A DNA stretch of 64,000 bases from Malacoraja senta (Eukaryota), in contig CM075998.1 in the NCBI GenBank assembly GCA_038087875.1, positions 5,892,001 to 5,956,000 on the forward strand. Reading direction: 5' to 3'. The translations under genes were made by a program, and so were the position numbers. Below are positions 49,216-63,199 of this stretch, piece after piece (position 1 is the first letter of the stretch; every line of letters starts with the position of its first letter). The notes beneath the pieces are model-generated. The model was not told where the DNA came from and did not search any database. It worked only from the letters and a program-made list of their open reading frames with translations.

Positions 49216-51429
49216 TAACTCCTCCACCTCCTGCAATTACGTTACTGCAATGGCCCCAACATTATAGTCCCAAACACCGATCCAGGCTCTGCCTTCATCT
49301 GCTTTCTCCACAAGACTCCTTGCATTGAAATAAACACACTTCAGCCCTTCAGCATCACTATATTACCTCACCTTCCCCTGCCTCTCCTTCCTTTGAGACG
49401 TACCGGTCATGACCTCAACCTTCCCACTGCTACTTCCAAGTTCTGAACTAGTATTTTGGTTCCCACCTTCTTCACAGAACCAGAGGACTGGGACACATCT
49501 GACCATTTTGTTGTGTAGGAGGGAACTGCAGATGCTGGTTTAAACTGAAGATAGACACACAATGCTGGAGTAACTCAGCGGGTCAGGCAGCATCTCTGGA
49601 GAGAAGGAGTGGGTGACGTTTCGGGTCGAGACCCTTCTTCAGACTGATGTCAAGGCAGAGGGAGACACATAGATAAGCAAGTGTAGGTGTGAAATCATGA
49701 CAAAGAAAATGGAGATCAAGGGAAATGTAGAATAGATCATTGTTAGCTGGGAGAAGGTAACAACAAAGCAAACAGAGATAGAATGTAGTCAGAGACAGTT
49801 AGACTGGTCGGAGAACTGGGAAGGGGGGGGGGATGGACACCGAGGGAAGGCAAGGTCCTGACATTTTGGTGGGTAGCCATGGTCATGTCCACAAGAGGGC
49901 AGCAATTTCATGGTTTTCTGCTTGTCGGTGATAATAATTAAACAAAATACAGTGTTTGATATTTTTTTCTTGTCCCAAGAAAGTAAACGCATCTGAGATC
50001 CTTGTTGATGCCGATTGACTTCCATCAATGTGAAAGTGAATTTTTCCCTTGTCTGATCACTGGAATTCACTGGAATTTAGAAGGATGGGGGGATCTGATA
50101 GAAACATATAGAATTCTGAAAGGATTGGACAGGCTAGATGCAGGAAACATGTTGGGGGGGTCCAGAACCAGGGGTCACAGATTAAGAATAAGGTCATTTA
50201 GGACTGAGATGAGGAAAAACGTTTTCACCCAGAGAGTTGTGAATCTGTGGGATTCTCTGCCGCAGAAGGTAGTGGAGGCCGATTCACTGGATGTTTTCAA
50301 GAGAGAGATTTAGCTCATAGGGCAAACGGAATCAAGGGATATGGGGAGAAGGCAGGAACGGGGTACTGATTGGGGATGATCAGCCATGATCATATTGAAT
50401 GGCGGTGCTAACTCGAAGGGCCGAATGGCCTCCTCCTGCACATATTGTCTATGTTTCTTTGATGTTACAACAACAACAGCGACAACAACAATTTGTATTA
50501 ACATGGTGACTTCAATGTGATAAAGGTGCTTTGGGGGGGGTGATTACCAAGCAAATCGGCATTGATCCAGGATATAAGGAGCATCCAGAAGGATGAGAGA
50601 GAGAGGGGGGAGACTAACGGAGGGAATTCCAGAGTTTGTAGGAAGGAACTGCAGATGCTGGTTTAAAACCGAAGACAGACACAAAATGCTGGAGGAACTC
50701 AGCGGGACAGCAGCATCTCTGGAGAGAAGGAATGGGTGACGTTTCGGGTCGAGACCCTTCAGACTGAGAATCGGGGGACAGGGAAGTGAGAGATATAGAC
50801 AGTGATGTAGCGAGGTATAGAACAAATGAATGAAAGATTGCAAAAAAGATAACGATGGTAAAGGAAAGGTGGAGCCACAATGGTCCCACAGGCTATGGGA
50901 TAGGTGATAACGAGCTATACAGACAATGAAACTCAACAGGTCAACAGTGAAACTAGTACTACGACTAGGGTGGGGAGGAACAGAGAGAGAGAGGGGGGGG
51001 GGTTGCAAGGGTTACTTGAAGTTAGAGAAGTCAATATTCATACTGCTGGGGTCTAAGCTGCTCAAATGAAATATGAGGTGGTGTTCCTACAATTTGCATT
51101 TGTCCTCTCTCTGACAATGGAGGAGGCCCAGGACAGAAAGGTCAGTATGGGAATGGGAGGGGGAGTTAAAGTGTTTGGCAACCGGGAGATCATATAGGCC
51201 AAGGCAGACTTTAATCCTTTGGGATTAAAGGCCAGAGTTTATTCCTTTGGCAACTGTGATGGGGTTACACAAGAGAGTAGACACATGGAACTGCAAATGC
51301 CGGTTTACAAAAAAAAAAGACACAAAGTGCTGGAGTAACTCAGTGGGACATTCAGCCTTTTTGGAGAACATTTATAGGCGACATTTTGGGTTGGGACCCT
51401 TCTGTCAAGGACCCGTCTGGTCTCGACCC

Positions 51430-52017
51430 GAAACGTCACCTATCCATGTTCTCCACAGATGCTGCCTGACCCGCTCAGTTACTCCAGCACTCTGTGAAAC
51501 GTCACCTATTCATGTTCTCCACAGATGCTGCCTGACCCGCTGAGTTACTCCAGCACTCTGGGAAACGTCACCTATCCATGTTCCGGCAGCATCTATGGAG
51601 CAAAGGAAATAGGCAACGTTTCGGCCCGAAACCCTTCCGGGTTTTCGGCCCGAAACGTTGCCTATTTCCTTCAGGGTTTCGGCCCGAAAGGTTGCCCATT
51701 TCCTTCGCTCCACAGATGCTGCCTGACCCGCTGAGTTACTCCAGCACTCTGTGAAACGTCAACTATCCATGTTCTCCACAGATGCTGCCTGACCCGCTGA
51801 GTTACTCCAGCACTCTGTGAAACGTCACCTATCCATGTTCTCCACAGATGCTGCCTGACCCGCTGAGTTACTCCAGCACTCTGTGAAACGTCACCTATCC
51901 ATGTTCTCCACAGATGCTGCCTGACCCGCTGAGTTACTCCAGCACTCTGTGAAACGTCACCTATCCATGTTCTCCACAGATGCTGCCTGACCCGCTGAGT
52001 TACTCCAGCACTTTGTG
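51430..52017 (+). repeat. 66-bp array (about 7 units) with the palindromic composite
   Basis: Same unit and same embedded hairpin as the 28204 array. Confidence 0.93.
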
Positions 52018-54337
52018 TCTTGTTTTACAGAATGATCAAAATTGGGATGGGCAGATGCTGGAATATTTTTTTTAATTAGCTTAAGAACTGCTATCTGGCA
52101 CTTTGAGTTGCTGCCTGACTTCGATCCTGACTAAGGGTGCTGTCTGTACGGGTTTGTGACCGCCTGGGTTTACAAACTAGTTTTTAGTTTAGTTTAGTTT
52201 AGAGATACAGCACAGAAACAGGCCCTTCGGCCCACCGGGTCCGCGCTGACCAGCGATCCCCGCACACTAACACTATCCTACACCCACTAGGGACAATTTT
52301 TTTAAAAACCTTTAGCAAGCCAATTAACCTACAAACCTGTACGTCTTTGGAGTGCGGGAGGTAACCGAAGATCCCGGAGAAAACCCACGCAGGTCACGGG
52401 GAGAGCGGACAAACTCCGTACAGACAGCACCCGTAGTTGGGATCGAACCGGTGTCTCCGGCGCTGCATTCACTGTAAGGCAGCAACTCTACCGCTGCGCC
52501 ATCTCTGGTTTCCTCCCACACTCCAAAGATGTACAGGCTTGTAGGTTAATTGGCTTGCTAAAGGTTTTTAAAAAAATTGTCCCTAGTGTGTGTAGGATAG
52601 TGTTAATGTGCGGGGATCGCTGGTCGGCACGGACTCGGTGGGCCGAAGGGCCTGTTTGCACGCCCTATCCCTAAAATCTCAAGTAAAATTGTCCCATCAC
52701 AGAATGTAATTCAAATTATCCTGATATTTTGGCTTCTTACAGGTTCCCTTGAATAAAGGAAACCATCCCAGGATATTTTAAGAGTTTTTCTCACTTCTTG
52801 CTTTCACTTCTTACATTTTAATTTAACTGTTGATAATTTGTCTAACTCAGTCTTACTACCCCTCGTGTGTGAGAAGGAACTGCAGATGCTGGTTTACACC
52901 AAAGATAGACACAAAATGGTGGAGTAACTCAGCGGGACAGGCAGCATCTCTGGAGAGAAGGAATGGGTGACGTTTCTGGTCAAGACCCTTCTTCAGACGC
53001 AGAAATCCAGGTTTCCTGGACTTCTCTCCTTTACTTTTAAGTGCTTTCTCTGGAGTTTATAGTTGATATTTCCTATGCTGGTGAACAGTAATGAACCCAG
53101 CCTAGACTAAAAAAACAGGGTTAACTCAGCAGGTTAGACAGCATCTCTGGAGAGAAGGAATAGGTGACGTTTTGGGTCAAGACTCATCTTCAGACTAAGA
53201 CCTCAGCTGAGTTACTCCAGCATTTTGTGTCTATTTTCGGTTTAAACCAGCATCTGCAGTTCCTTCCTACACGCGAACCCACTATCTAACACATGGTCTG
53301 ATCAGATCATCGTAAAACCACAGTGTAGCAGTTGTGGATATGAGGAACCATTTTCTCTCTCAAGTTACTTATCTCTTTGATTTCCTTTGCGAAAAGTGTG
53401 TACACAGTTGAGGCAAACACAGCTAACGGTTTACATCAGGAGATGCTATAAAAAAAAACTGTAGGTGCTGGAATCTGCAGCAAAAACAAGGCGCTGGAGG
53501 AACTCAGCGAGCCAGGCAGCATCTGTGGAGGCCGAGTCTTGGCCAATGTTACAAAGTCCCCACATTCCTCGTAGTTTTCATTCATTACTGGACCTTCCAG
53601 TCATCTCCAGAGAATGAATGGAATAGTTCATTGCCACATGTGACTGGACACAGTGAGACTCTTTGCTCCATACCCAATGTATACAAATAGCAGCTCCAAA
53701 GCCTCTGTCCCTCCACAGATGCTGCCCGACCCGTTGAATTCTTCCAGCACTCTGTGTATGACCCAAGGTTCCGGCATCTTGCGTTCCTTGTGTCTCCATT
53801 GCATTACGCTGGCTTCATTCTATGTATATTGTGCAGATCTTTTATTTGACCCTAGTCCCCAAGGAAGCAGGCATTTTCCCTCCCATTCCCACACTGACCT
53901 CTCTGTCCTGGGCCTCCTCCATTGTCAGAGTGAGACCAAACACAAACTGGAGGAACAGCACCTCATATGCGCTTGGCTGGCTGACAAGCCAACGGTATGA
54001 ATATTGAATTCTCCAATTTCAGATAGGCTCTACCTAACCCCCTCTCCCACTCCCCTTTTCCCTGACACATCCACCTGGACCTATTTCTCCCCTCCCCCTC
54101 CCCCTCCATTCCTTCCTCTAGCTTTGCAATTCGCAACTCTTCAATCCTTTTGTCTCACACCTATTTTAATCTCTGGTCTTTGTCCAACAATCTGCCTAAT
54201 GACCCCCCCCACCCCCCCACCCCCCCCCCCCCCCACACCCCCCCGCCCCTCCTGTGTTCAACTATTACTTGCCACGCTTTGTCCTGCCTCTCCTCTCTCC
54301 CACCGCCTATAATCAGTCTGAGGAAGGGTCCCAACCC

Positions 54338-54665
54338 AAAACGTCACCTATCCATGTTCTCCACAGATGCTGCCTGACCCGCTGAGTTACTCCAGCACTC
54401 TGTGAAACGTCACCTATCCATGTTCTCCACAGATGCTGCCTGACCCGCTGAGTTACTCCAGCACTCTGTGAAATGTCACCTATCCATGTTCTCCACAGAT
54501 GCTGCCTGACCCGCTGAGTTACTCCAGCACTCTGTGAAACGTCACCTATCCATGTTCTCCACAGATGCTGCCTGACCCGCTGAGTTACTCCAGCACTCTG
54601 TGAAACGTCACCTATCCATGTTCTCCACAGATGCTGCCTGACCCGCTGAGTTACTCCAGCACTCT
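54338..54665 (+). repeat. 66-bp array (5 units) terminating a Penelope fragment (53875-54710)
   Basis: Same unit, directly after ctgaggaagggtcccaaccc. Confidence 0.95.
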
Positions 54666-55737
54666 GAGTCCTTTTTTGTAAATCATCACCCTCAGGTCCT
54701 TGTTTCTACATTGTCCCTACAGGCTCTCGGACCTGGGAAGAAGCTACTCATGAGTTGGCCACAAGGTGGTGCAACTGAGAGACTGGTCCGTCTCTCTCAG
54801 CCAACCAGCCCATGCTGCTGACTCTGTTTAAAGCAAATGGCCGTGCACTTACGTCAAGCACACTTTGATAAACAACCAAATTACGTCACCACTCCCACCC
54901 TACCTTCAACAATCAGCTTCAGAGGGTTGGCACGGTGACACAACGGTAGAGTTGCTGCCTCACAGCGCCAGAGACCCGGGTTCCATCCTGACTACGGGTG
55001 CTGTCTGTATGGAGTTTGTACGATCTCCCCGTGACCTGCGTGGGTTTTCTCTGGGTGCTCCGGTTTCCTCCCACACTCCAAAGGCGTACAGGTTTGTAGG
55101 TTAATTGGCCCTCTGCAAATTGTCCCCTAGTGTGTGTTGGATAGTGTTAATGTGCGGGGATCGCTGGTCGGCGCGGACCCGGTGGGCCGAAGGGCCTGTT
55201 TCCGCGCTGTATCTCTAAAAGTATAAACTAAACTAAAAACTGGGAAAAGATCCATTTATGCCACCTCAGCAGGTCGAGGGGTAAGTATTGGCTGGAAAAT
55301 TGCCTTGAAATTGGGATCTTTTCAACCCACTGAGAGGAACGGTGGCCCTCTATACTGACAAAATGTGTAAGAGGGAACTGCAGATGCTGGTTTAAACCGA
55401 AGATAGACACAAAATGCTGGAGTAACTCAGCGGGACAGGCAGCATCTCTGGAGAGAAGGAACGGGTGACGTTTCGGGTCGAGACCTAGAGTCTAAAGAAG
55501 GGTCTCAACCCGAAACAGCACCCATTCCTTCGCTCCAGAGATGCTGCCTGTCCCGCTGAGTTACTCCAGCTTTTTGTGTCTATCTTTGGCCCCCTATACA
55601 GAAGACCTTTGAACAGGCCGCCAGCCAGCACAAATGCTCTGTGACTCAAGGTGCCTGAACGGGATTTGAACCTGTAGACCTCTGGGACAAGGTCAACACT
55701 GTGGAAGTACCAAAAGCCATTGGAGGTGTACATTTGT

Positions 55738-56280
55738 TTAAGAAAGAACTGCAAATGCTGGAAAAATCGAAGGTAGACAAAAATGCTGGAGAAAGTGAGC
55801 GGGTGAGGCAGCATCTATGGAGCGAAGGAATAGGTGACGTTTCGGGTCGAGACCCTTCTTCAGACTGATGTGGGGGCGGGAAGAAGAAGGAAGAGGCGGT
55901 GACAGGAGGCTGTGGGAGAGCTGGGAAGGGGAGGGGAAGGAGGGAGAAAGCAAGGACTACCTGAAATTGGAGAAGTCAATGTTCATACCGCTGGGGTGTA
56001 AACTACCCAAGTGAAATATGAGGTGCTGCTCCTCCAATTTGTGGTGGACTCACTCTGGCAATGGAGGAGGCCCAGGACAGAAAGGTCGGATTCGGAATGG
56101 GAGGGGGAGTTGAAGTGCTGAGCCACCAGGAGATCAGGTTGGTTAATTCGAACTGAGCGGAGATGTTGGGTGAAGCGATCGCCAAGCCTACGCTTGGTCT
56201 CACCGATGTAGAGCAGTTGACATCTAGAGCAGCGGATGCAATAGATGAGGTTGGAGGAGGTGCAGGTGAACCTCTGCCTC
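55738..56280 (-). mobile_element. Penelope-like element GIY-YIG and terminal region
   Basis: Reverse strand is homologous to 40680-41238; intact hammerhead core at 55836-55863. Confidence 0.9.
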
Positions 56281-56346
56281 AGCTGTCAAAGTCAAAATCT
56301 AATTTATTCGTCACATACACCCGAAGGTGCAGTGATATGAATTTGC

Positions 56347-56546
56347 NNNNNNNNNNNNNNNNNNNNNNNNNNNNNNNNNNNNNNNNNNNNNNNNNNNNNN
56401 NNNNNNNNNNNNNNNNNNNNNNNNNNNNNNNNNNNNNNNNNNNNNNNNNNNNNNNNNNNNNNNNNNNNNNNNNNNNNNNNNNNNNNNNNNNNNNNNNNNN
56501 NNNNNNNNNNNNNNNNNNNNNNNNNNNNNNNNNNNNNNNNNNNNNN
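56347..56546. other. Assembly gap (200 N)
   Basis: Run of 200 N. Confidence 0.99.
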
Positions 56547-58536
56547 CATGCCTACTTTCAATGACTGGTGTTAACCATGACACCCAGGTCTCGTTGCATC
56601 TCCCCTTTTCCTAATCGGCCACCATTCAGATAATAGTCTACTTTCCTGTTTTTGCCATCAGTACAGTGAACATAAATATGGCACAGCGGCATTGCTTCAC
56701 CACCAAAGATGTATTGGGGTACAATCCCATTTTACTGCCTTCTCCCCATAACCCTTGACACCCGTTCTAATCAAGAATTTGTCTATCTCTGCCTTAGAAA
56801 TATCCACCGACTTGGCCTCCACAGCCGTCTGTAGCAATGAGTTCCACAGATTAACTACCCTCTGACTAAAGAAGTTCCTCCTCACCTCCTTTCTAAAAGA
56901 ATGCCTTTAATTCTGAGGCTGTGACCTCTAGTGCTGGACTCTCCCACCAGTGGAAACATCCACTCTATCTATGCCTTTCATTATCCTGTAAGTTTTCAAT
57001 GAGGACCCCCCTCAACCTTCTAAACTCCAGCGAGTTCAGGCCCAGTGCCGTCAAACACTCATCATATGTTAAACCCACTCATTCCTGGAATCATTCTTGT
57101 AAACCTCCTCTGCACCCTCTAAAGAGGCAGCACATCCTTCCTCCTTTTTTGCATATCTTTCATTCATTCGTTCGATATCTCTCTACATCACCGTCTATAT
57201 CTCTTGTTTCCCTTTCCCCTGACTCTCAGTCTGAAGAAGGGTCTTGGCCCGAAATGTCACCCATACCCTCTCTCCAGAGATGCTGCCTGTCCCGCTGAGT
57301 TACTCCAGCATTTGTGTCTACTTTCTTGCTCAATACTGCATTCGGTACACAGACTGTTTCTGGAGCAGTGTTGGAACCCACAACCTTCTGTTGGGAAGGC
57401 AAGAGAGTAACTCCAATCGGAACCATTCTGGGCAGGCTGTCGGCATGTTCTATAGCTGTGAGTGACTTTGACTGTTAGGGTTAATGGAAGCAGGAAAGAC
57501 CAGATACAGTATAACAGCTATCAGAACCCTTCAACTTTCTCAGAATTAGGAAACTGGAAAATGACTCAATTCATTTGCATATTTTAATGGACCTGAAACA
57601 AACGATGATCGGAATGAAGTGTCACAGTTCTATTGCAATGAGCTTCTGTAGGGAAGTCAGCCTTCTCACGCAGCACTATAACCAACAGGCTACTGGTGGT
57701 TTTGTACAGATCCCAACCCCCACGTTCGATCCTGACCCCAGTGCTGTCTGTGTGCACGTTCTCCCTGTGGCCCACGTGGGCTTCCTCCAGGTGCATCGGT
57801 TTGCTCCCACATCCCACAAACGTGCGGGTTCGGAGGTTGACAGGGCTCTGTAAATTGCAACCACTGTGTTGGTGAATGGTGGGATGTGGGGGGTGGAGAG
57901 AGAATAGGTTGCAGGGAATTAGTTGGGGGACCCGGACAGCTGGGATTGATCAGAGAGACACAGACTTAACAAGCACAACAGCTTCTTATGTGTTGAGAAT
58001 TGTGATGAACTTGAGAATCATGAGGGTGTGATGATGTTTAGTCACAAGCCAAGTGCACATTTAACCAGACCCCTGGGTGTTTTATCAGTCCCATGAATAA
58101 TCTGTTTGGATGAGCTTTTGTTTTGAAATATGCTGGAATCTTCCTTCTGTGGAAGGAGGGAGTAGAAAGCTTTGGTGCACAAAGTAAGTTTGTGATAGTT
58201 TTCAGACACGGCTGGCAAGACTGCTGGGTCTGATTTCATTCGAGCATGGGTTTGGAAGTACAAATATGTGCGGTATAGAAATAGGTTATTCAGTTCATTG
58301 TGTCCGTACTGGACCTTTGTAGATGAATGCCCTGGTGAAGCTCGTGCTATCTCACTCACCACCGCCCTGATCCATCCCGTTGCCCTATTCTCTCCTCACA
58401 GCCCCAAACGATTCCCAAACAAATCTCACTGCATTCCTCTCCACCCATTGCCCTCGATCTATCCCACACTAATTCCATTACTCTGCATAGCCCTGTATCA
58501 TTCCCAAGCCAATTCCACAATATTGTTCTCATCTTA

Positions 58537-60445
58537 TCTATGTCTATCTATCTAAAACTCTGATCTTGTGCTCTTCCGGTTTGCGTGGATTTTCTATTTG
58601 CGCAAAAACGGTACGAGATAGCAATACGATTTTTCGCCAGCTTACTCACCGTTCTCCTGTGCTGCGAGTGCAGCAAGTTTCATTCCAATCGATGGTATAT
58701 TGTAAAAGTTATTAAGATTTAAAAATCGTAAAAAACGCGCGTGCGCAGGTTGCTGTCAGTCGCTGCCACGCAGATTGGTCTCCTCTCCTGTCCCAGTGAC
58801 GCCCATTCCTGTCGGCATGTTCTATAGCTGTGAGTGACTTTGACTGTTAGGGTTAATGGAAGCAGGAATCAGCTGGAGGTCGCCATGGTGAAGGAGTGGT
58901 GGGGAGGGTGGTGGCGCGGGCTGAGTCCGGGGACTAGGCCTGGGCTGGAACTGCGGGCCGAGCCCAGAGACTGGGCCTGGGCTGAGCCCGAGCCCAAGGA
59001 CTGGGCCTGGGCTGGAACTGCGGGCCGAGCCCAGAGACTGGGCCTGGGCCTGGGCCTGAGCCCGAGCCTGAGCCCGAGGACTGGGCCTGGGCTGGAACTA
59101 TGGGCCAAGCCCAGAGACTGGGCCTGGGCCTGGGCCCGAGCCTGAGCCCAAGGACTGGGCCTGGGCTGGATCCAAGGACGAGCCCGGAGACTGGGCCTGG
59201 GCTGGGACCGTGGGCCGAGCCCGGAGACGGCCTGGGCCTGAGCCCGAGCCTGAGCCCGAGGACTGGGCCTGGGGCCTGGGCTGAAGCCAAGGACGAGACC
59301 GGAGACTGGGCCTGGGCTGGAACTGCGGGCCGAGCCCGGAGACTGGGCCTGGGCTGGAACTGCGGGCCGAGCCCGGGGACTGGGCCTGGCCCTGGGCTGG
59401 AACCGCAGATTGAGCCCGGAGACTGGGCCTGGGCCTGGGCCTGAGCCAAGGACGAGCCTGGGTCTGGCATCAGGGACGAGGCCAGAGATGAAGTCGGGGC
59501 CTGGACTGGAGCCCAGGCAGTGGTCGAGCTGAGGGCTGGAGTCGTGCCCAAGCCCGGGGCCTGGGTCAAGGTGTACCGGCACCTCAGGGACCGCCCGGCC
59601 GCCACCATCCTGCAGCACAGCCTCCGCTTCCTGCTCTGCGGGCAGCTCTGGCTCGGCCGCCCGCCAGCCTCACCCTGCCCCCCCCTCCCACCCTCACCCC
59701 ACCCCCGGCACAGCGAGCCCGTCGAGGCCCACTTCCGCGAGTGCTTCGGTCGCCTACAGCCAGGGCCGGGTACGAGAACCAGGCCGAGTTTCCAGGCCCT
59801 GCTCTACGACCTGCGTAGGTGCTGGGGCAGGGAATGGGAGTGAGGGGAGGAGGATGCGGGAAATGGGGAGGAGGAAGATGGGGTGGTAGAGGGAGATGGG
59901 GAATGGGCAGCGCCGAGCCCCACTGTCCACCCGCTGGTGAAGGACACCGCAGGTTCCGGGACGTGCAGCGCTCCAGTGGCTCCTGTCCACGGGCGCAGAC
60001 ACCGGAAACAGCCCTAACGCACTGCACCATTACACAGAGAGAGGGAGGGCCGCAGCCTAGCACACAGCGCGGGGGGGAGAGGGATGATGGAGGGGGAGAG
60101 AGGGATGAGGGAGGGAGGGAGGAGAGAGATGTGAGGAGAGGGGAAGAGAGGGAGGGAGAGGGGAGAGAGGTATGAGGGAGGGAGGGGGAGAGAGGGAGGA
60201 GGGAGGGAGGGAGGGGGAGAGAGGGATAAGAGAAGGAGGGGGGAGAGAGAGAGGGATGAGGGAGGGAGTGTGGTAGTGGGGTGGTAGAGTGCAGGGGGTA
60301 AGGAGGGAGGTAGAAGTGGGCCGGAGTGATAGGGAGGGGGATAGGCGTGAGTGATGGGAATATTGCGTTGGGGGAACGGGTTGCGTTGGGGGACCAGGCC
60401 TCTCATGTGACAGGGTCCCATGTGACAGGGTCCCACTTAGTCTAG
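58537..60445 (+). mobile_element. Probable non-autonomous Helitron with cargo
   Basis: 5' a|TCTATGTCTATCTATCTAAAAC, 3' GGGTCCCACTTAGTCTAG|t. Inserted between A and T with no TSD or TIR. The 5' boundary is uncertain by about 10 nt. Confidence 0.7.
58920..59520 (+). repeat. GC-rich minisatellite (about 37-bp units with ctgggc subrepeats)
   Basis: Unit ctgggcctgggctggaactgcgggccgagcccagaga; the source of the long P/G/A-rich ORFs. Confidence 0.9.
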
Positions 60446-60819
60446 TTAGCATTAACATTCTCACTGCCCACTCTCATCAATATTGAAGAAGGTCTGAAGA
60501 AGGGTCTCGGCCTGAAACGTCACCCGTCCCCTTCTCTCCAGAGATGCTGCCTGTCCCGCTGAGTTACTCCAGCATTTGTGTCTATCTTCATCAATATTGC
60601 TGTATCAATCCCAAACTATTCTTGCTGCCCCCATTCTTTCCCATGGGCCTGTTTTAAAGAAGCACTGGGCATTTATACTTAACCTGCTGGTCATCAATAA
60701 TTCCTCAGTCAACATCACTAAACCGGAAAGTATCACGCTGCTGTTTGTGGGAGTTTGCTGGATTCACATTCGCTGATATGCTTCCTACAACACTGAACGC
60801 ATTTTAACACTGAGCGTGC

Positions 60820-61375
60820 GCACACACACACACACACACACACGCACACACACACAACACCCACACACGCACACACACGCACACACGCACGCACGCACGC
60901 ACGCACGCACACACGCATACACGCACACACGCACGCACACACGCACACACGCACACACACACGCACACACACAACACGCACACCCACGCACACACACACA
61001 CACACGCACACACACACACACACGCGCACAACACACACACGCACACACACACGCACACACACACACACACCACACGCACGCGCACGCATGCACGCACACA
61101 CACGCACACACGGACACACGCACACACGCACACGCACACACGTACACACACACGCACACACACACGCACGCACGCACGCGCACACACGCACACATGCAAA
61201 CGCACACACACACACGCACACACACACGCACGCACGCACGCACGCATGCACACACGCACACACACACGCACGCACGCACGCACGCACGCCCACACACGCA
61301 CACACACGCACCACAACACGCACACACACACACACACGCACGCACGCACGCACACACACACACACACGCAAACAC
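60820..61375 (+). repeat. Compound (CA)n/(CACG)n microsatellite, about 555 bp
   Basis: Directly visible alternating purine-pyrimidine tract. Confidence 0.98.
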
Positions 61376-63199
61376 AATATTGCTGCGTAAGTGTGAGCTG
61401 ACAGGAGTACACACTAGAGAGACGTACAGCTTTGTAGGTTAATTGGTTGGGTGTATGTGTAAATTGTCAACGAGAGAGAACTTGGGCCAGTTCTTTATTT
61501 TGCCAATCTCCTGTTGGGAGGAAGTGGACCTGCTATCAGCGTGCAAACCATATCATCAAAGTGCAGCTGCTGATTTTGACACCGAGCCCAATGTAGGGAG
61601 TTTAAATTGGCTTCTCATGTGGGTCAACCCAGCACGGACCAGGTAAGGTCAGTTATCTACAACATTGTTGTCATCTTGGTGCTGCTGGAGGAAGCAGGGG
61701 CTCTCCTGAATCTCTCAGTCAATCCTTGGCCTTCCTCTTGCTCCAGGTCTCTCCCCTCTTCCTCCCGAAGGTTCACCCCAAACAGGTTCTCTCCTCCTAT
61801 AGTTTAGTCTAGTTTAGCACGGAAACAGGCCCTTCAGCCCACCGAGCCCGTGCCAACCATCGATCCCCACACACGAACACTATCCTACACACACTAGAGA
61901 CAATTTACAGTCACACCAAGCCAATCAACCTACAAACCTGCACGTCTTTGGAGTGTGGGAGGAAACCGGAGCACCCGGAGAAAACCCACGTGGTCACGGG
62001 GAGGAAGTACAGGCTCCATATAGACAAGCACCAGTAGTCGGGATGGAACCTGGGTATCTAGCGCTGCAAGCGTTGTAAGGCAGTAACTCTACCACCGAGC
62101 CACCGTGTTGCCCGTATGATGGCGACGGAGCTGGCTGTTCCTCTCCTGTTCTGCTTGGAGAATCCAAAGGTCAGCATACAGATGAATGCAAGGAATTAAA
62201 ATCTGCTAACCATGCTACAAGCTACCCTTGACTAGTAATATTTTGCATATTAGCCGACATTAGTCGACATCTCAAGAATCATCCACAATACTGCGACCAC
62301 TGCAGTACTGAGTCAGATGTTGTTGGCCTGGGTCACACATGACAGCTCGCCAGTACTTCCAGCTCACCCAGATGATACTTTAAACTACATGTAGGTACTT
62401 CACATGGGGAACGATGGTTTTGCAATTGCAATGTTGTGCAGACTCTTCATTTAACCCACTTACAACATTTACTGTGCATTAAAATCAGCCCGTGGCATAA
62501 TTTCAATTTTCCCTGGTGTCCAGGCCCATCCATTCATTCCTTGATCAATGTACACAAGAACAGATTAAATGCTCTTATGAGAGATTTGTAGTACCTCTGA
62601 TAACAACTAAATATATAGTGATATCTGAACTGCAATTAGTCCAATTGCCTTTATTTCTCCCAATCCCATTGTAGCCCTTTGGCAAAGGATCTGCGGCTCT
62701 GAACTTTCCTAATGACCATGTTTGAAGAAGGGTCCTGATCCAAAGCATTGCCTGGTCATTCCCTCCCCAGTTGATGTTTTCAAGAGAGAGTTAGATTTAG
62801 CTCTTAGGGGCTATGGGGAGAAAGCAGGAACGGGGTACTGATTTTGGATGATCAGCCATGATCACATTGAATGGCGGTGCTGGCCCGAAGGGCCGAATGG
62901 CCCACTCCTGCACCTATTGTTATGTTTCTATGTTGCTTGACCCACTGAGCTCCTCCAGCATCTTGTGTTTTGGCCGTATATTTCTGCTTCTGCTGTTTCC
63001 AATCAATTCTGTGAGTAAGATTTTCTCCTTCGACATACTCAAGCTCAAATGGAACTAACATTTGCAATGATGTGCACAGTACAAGGCCTTTATACAATTT
63101 GAATTTGACATAAAACACCCAAAACTGGTGCAGTATTTCAAGTTTACGCATGATATTAGCAGGAGTCATCATGAGATCTAATGCGGTCATTGGAAATTG

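Noticed and set aside
58130..58190. AGIFLLWK peptide resembling an integrin transmembrane end
   Set aside because: In-frame stop upstream, hydrophobic stretch too short, and no donor directly after WK.
58869..59618. 249-aa and 224-aa minus-strand P/G/A-rich ORFs
   Set aside because: Stop-free read-through of a GC-rich minisatellite.
60733..61442. ORFs of about 200 aa rich in C/V or H/T
   Set aside because: Translations of a CA/CACG microsatellite.
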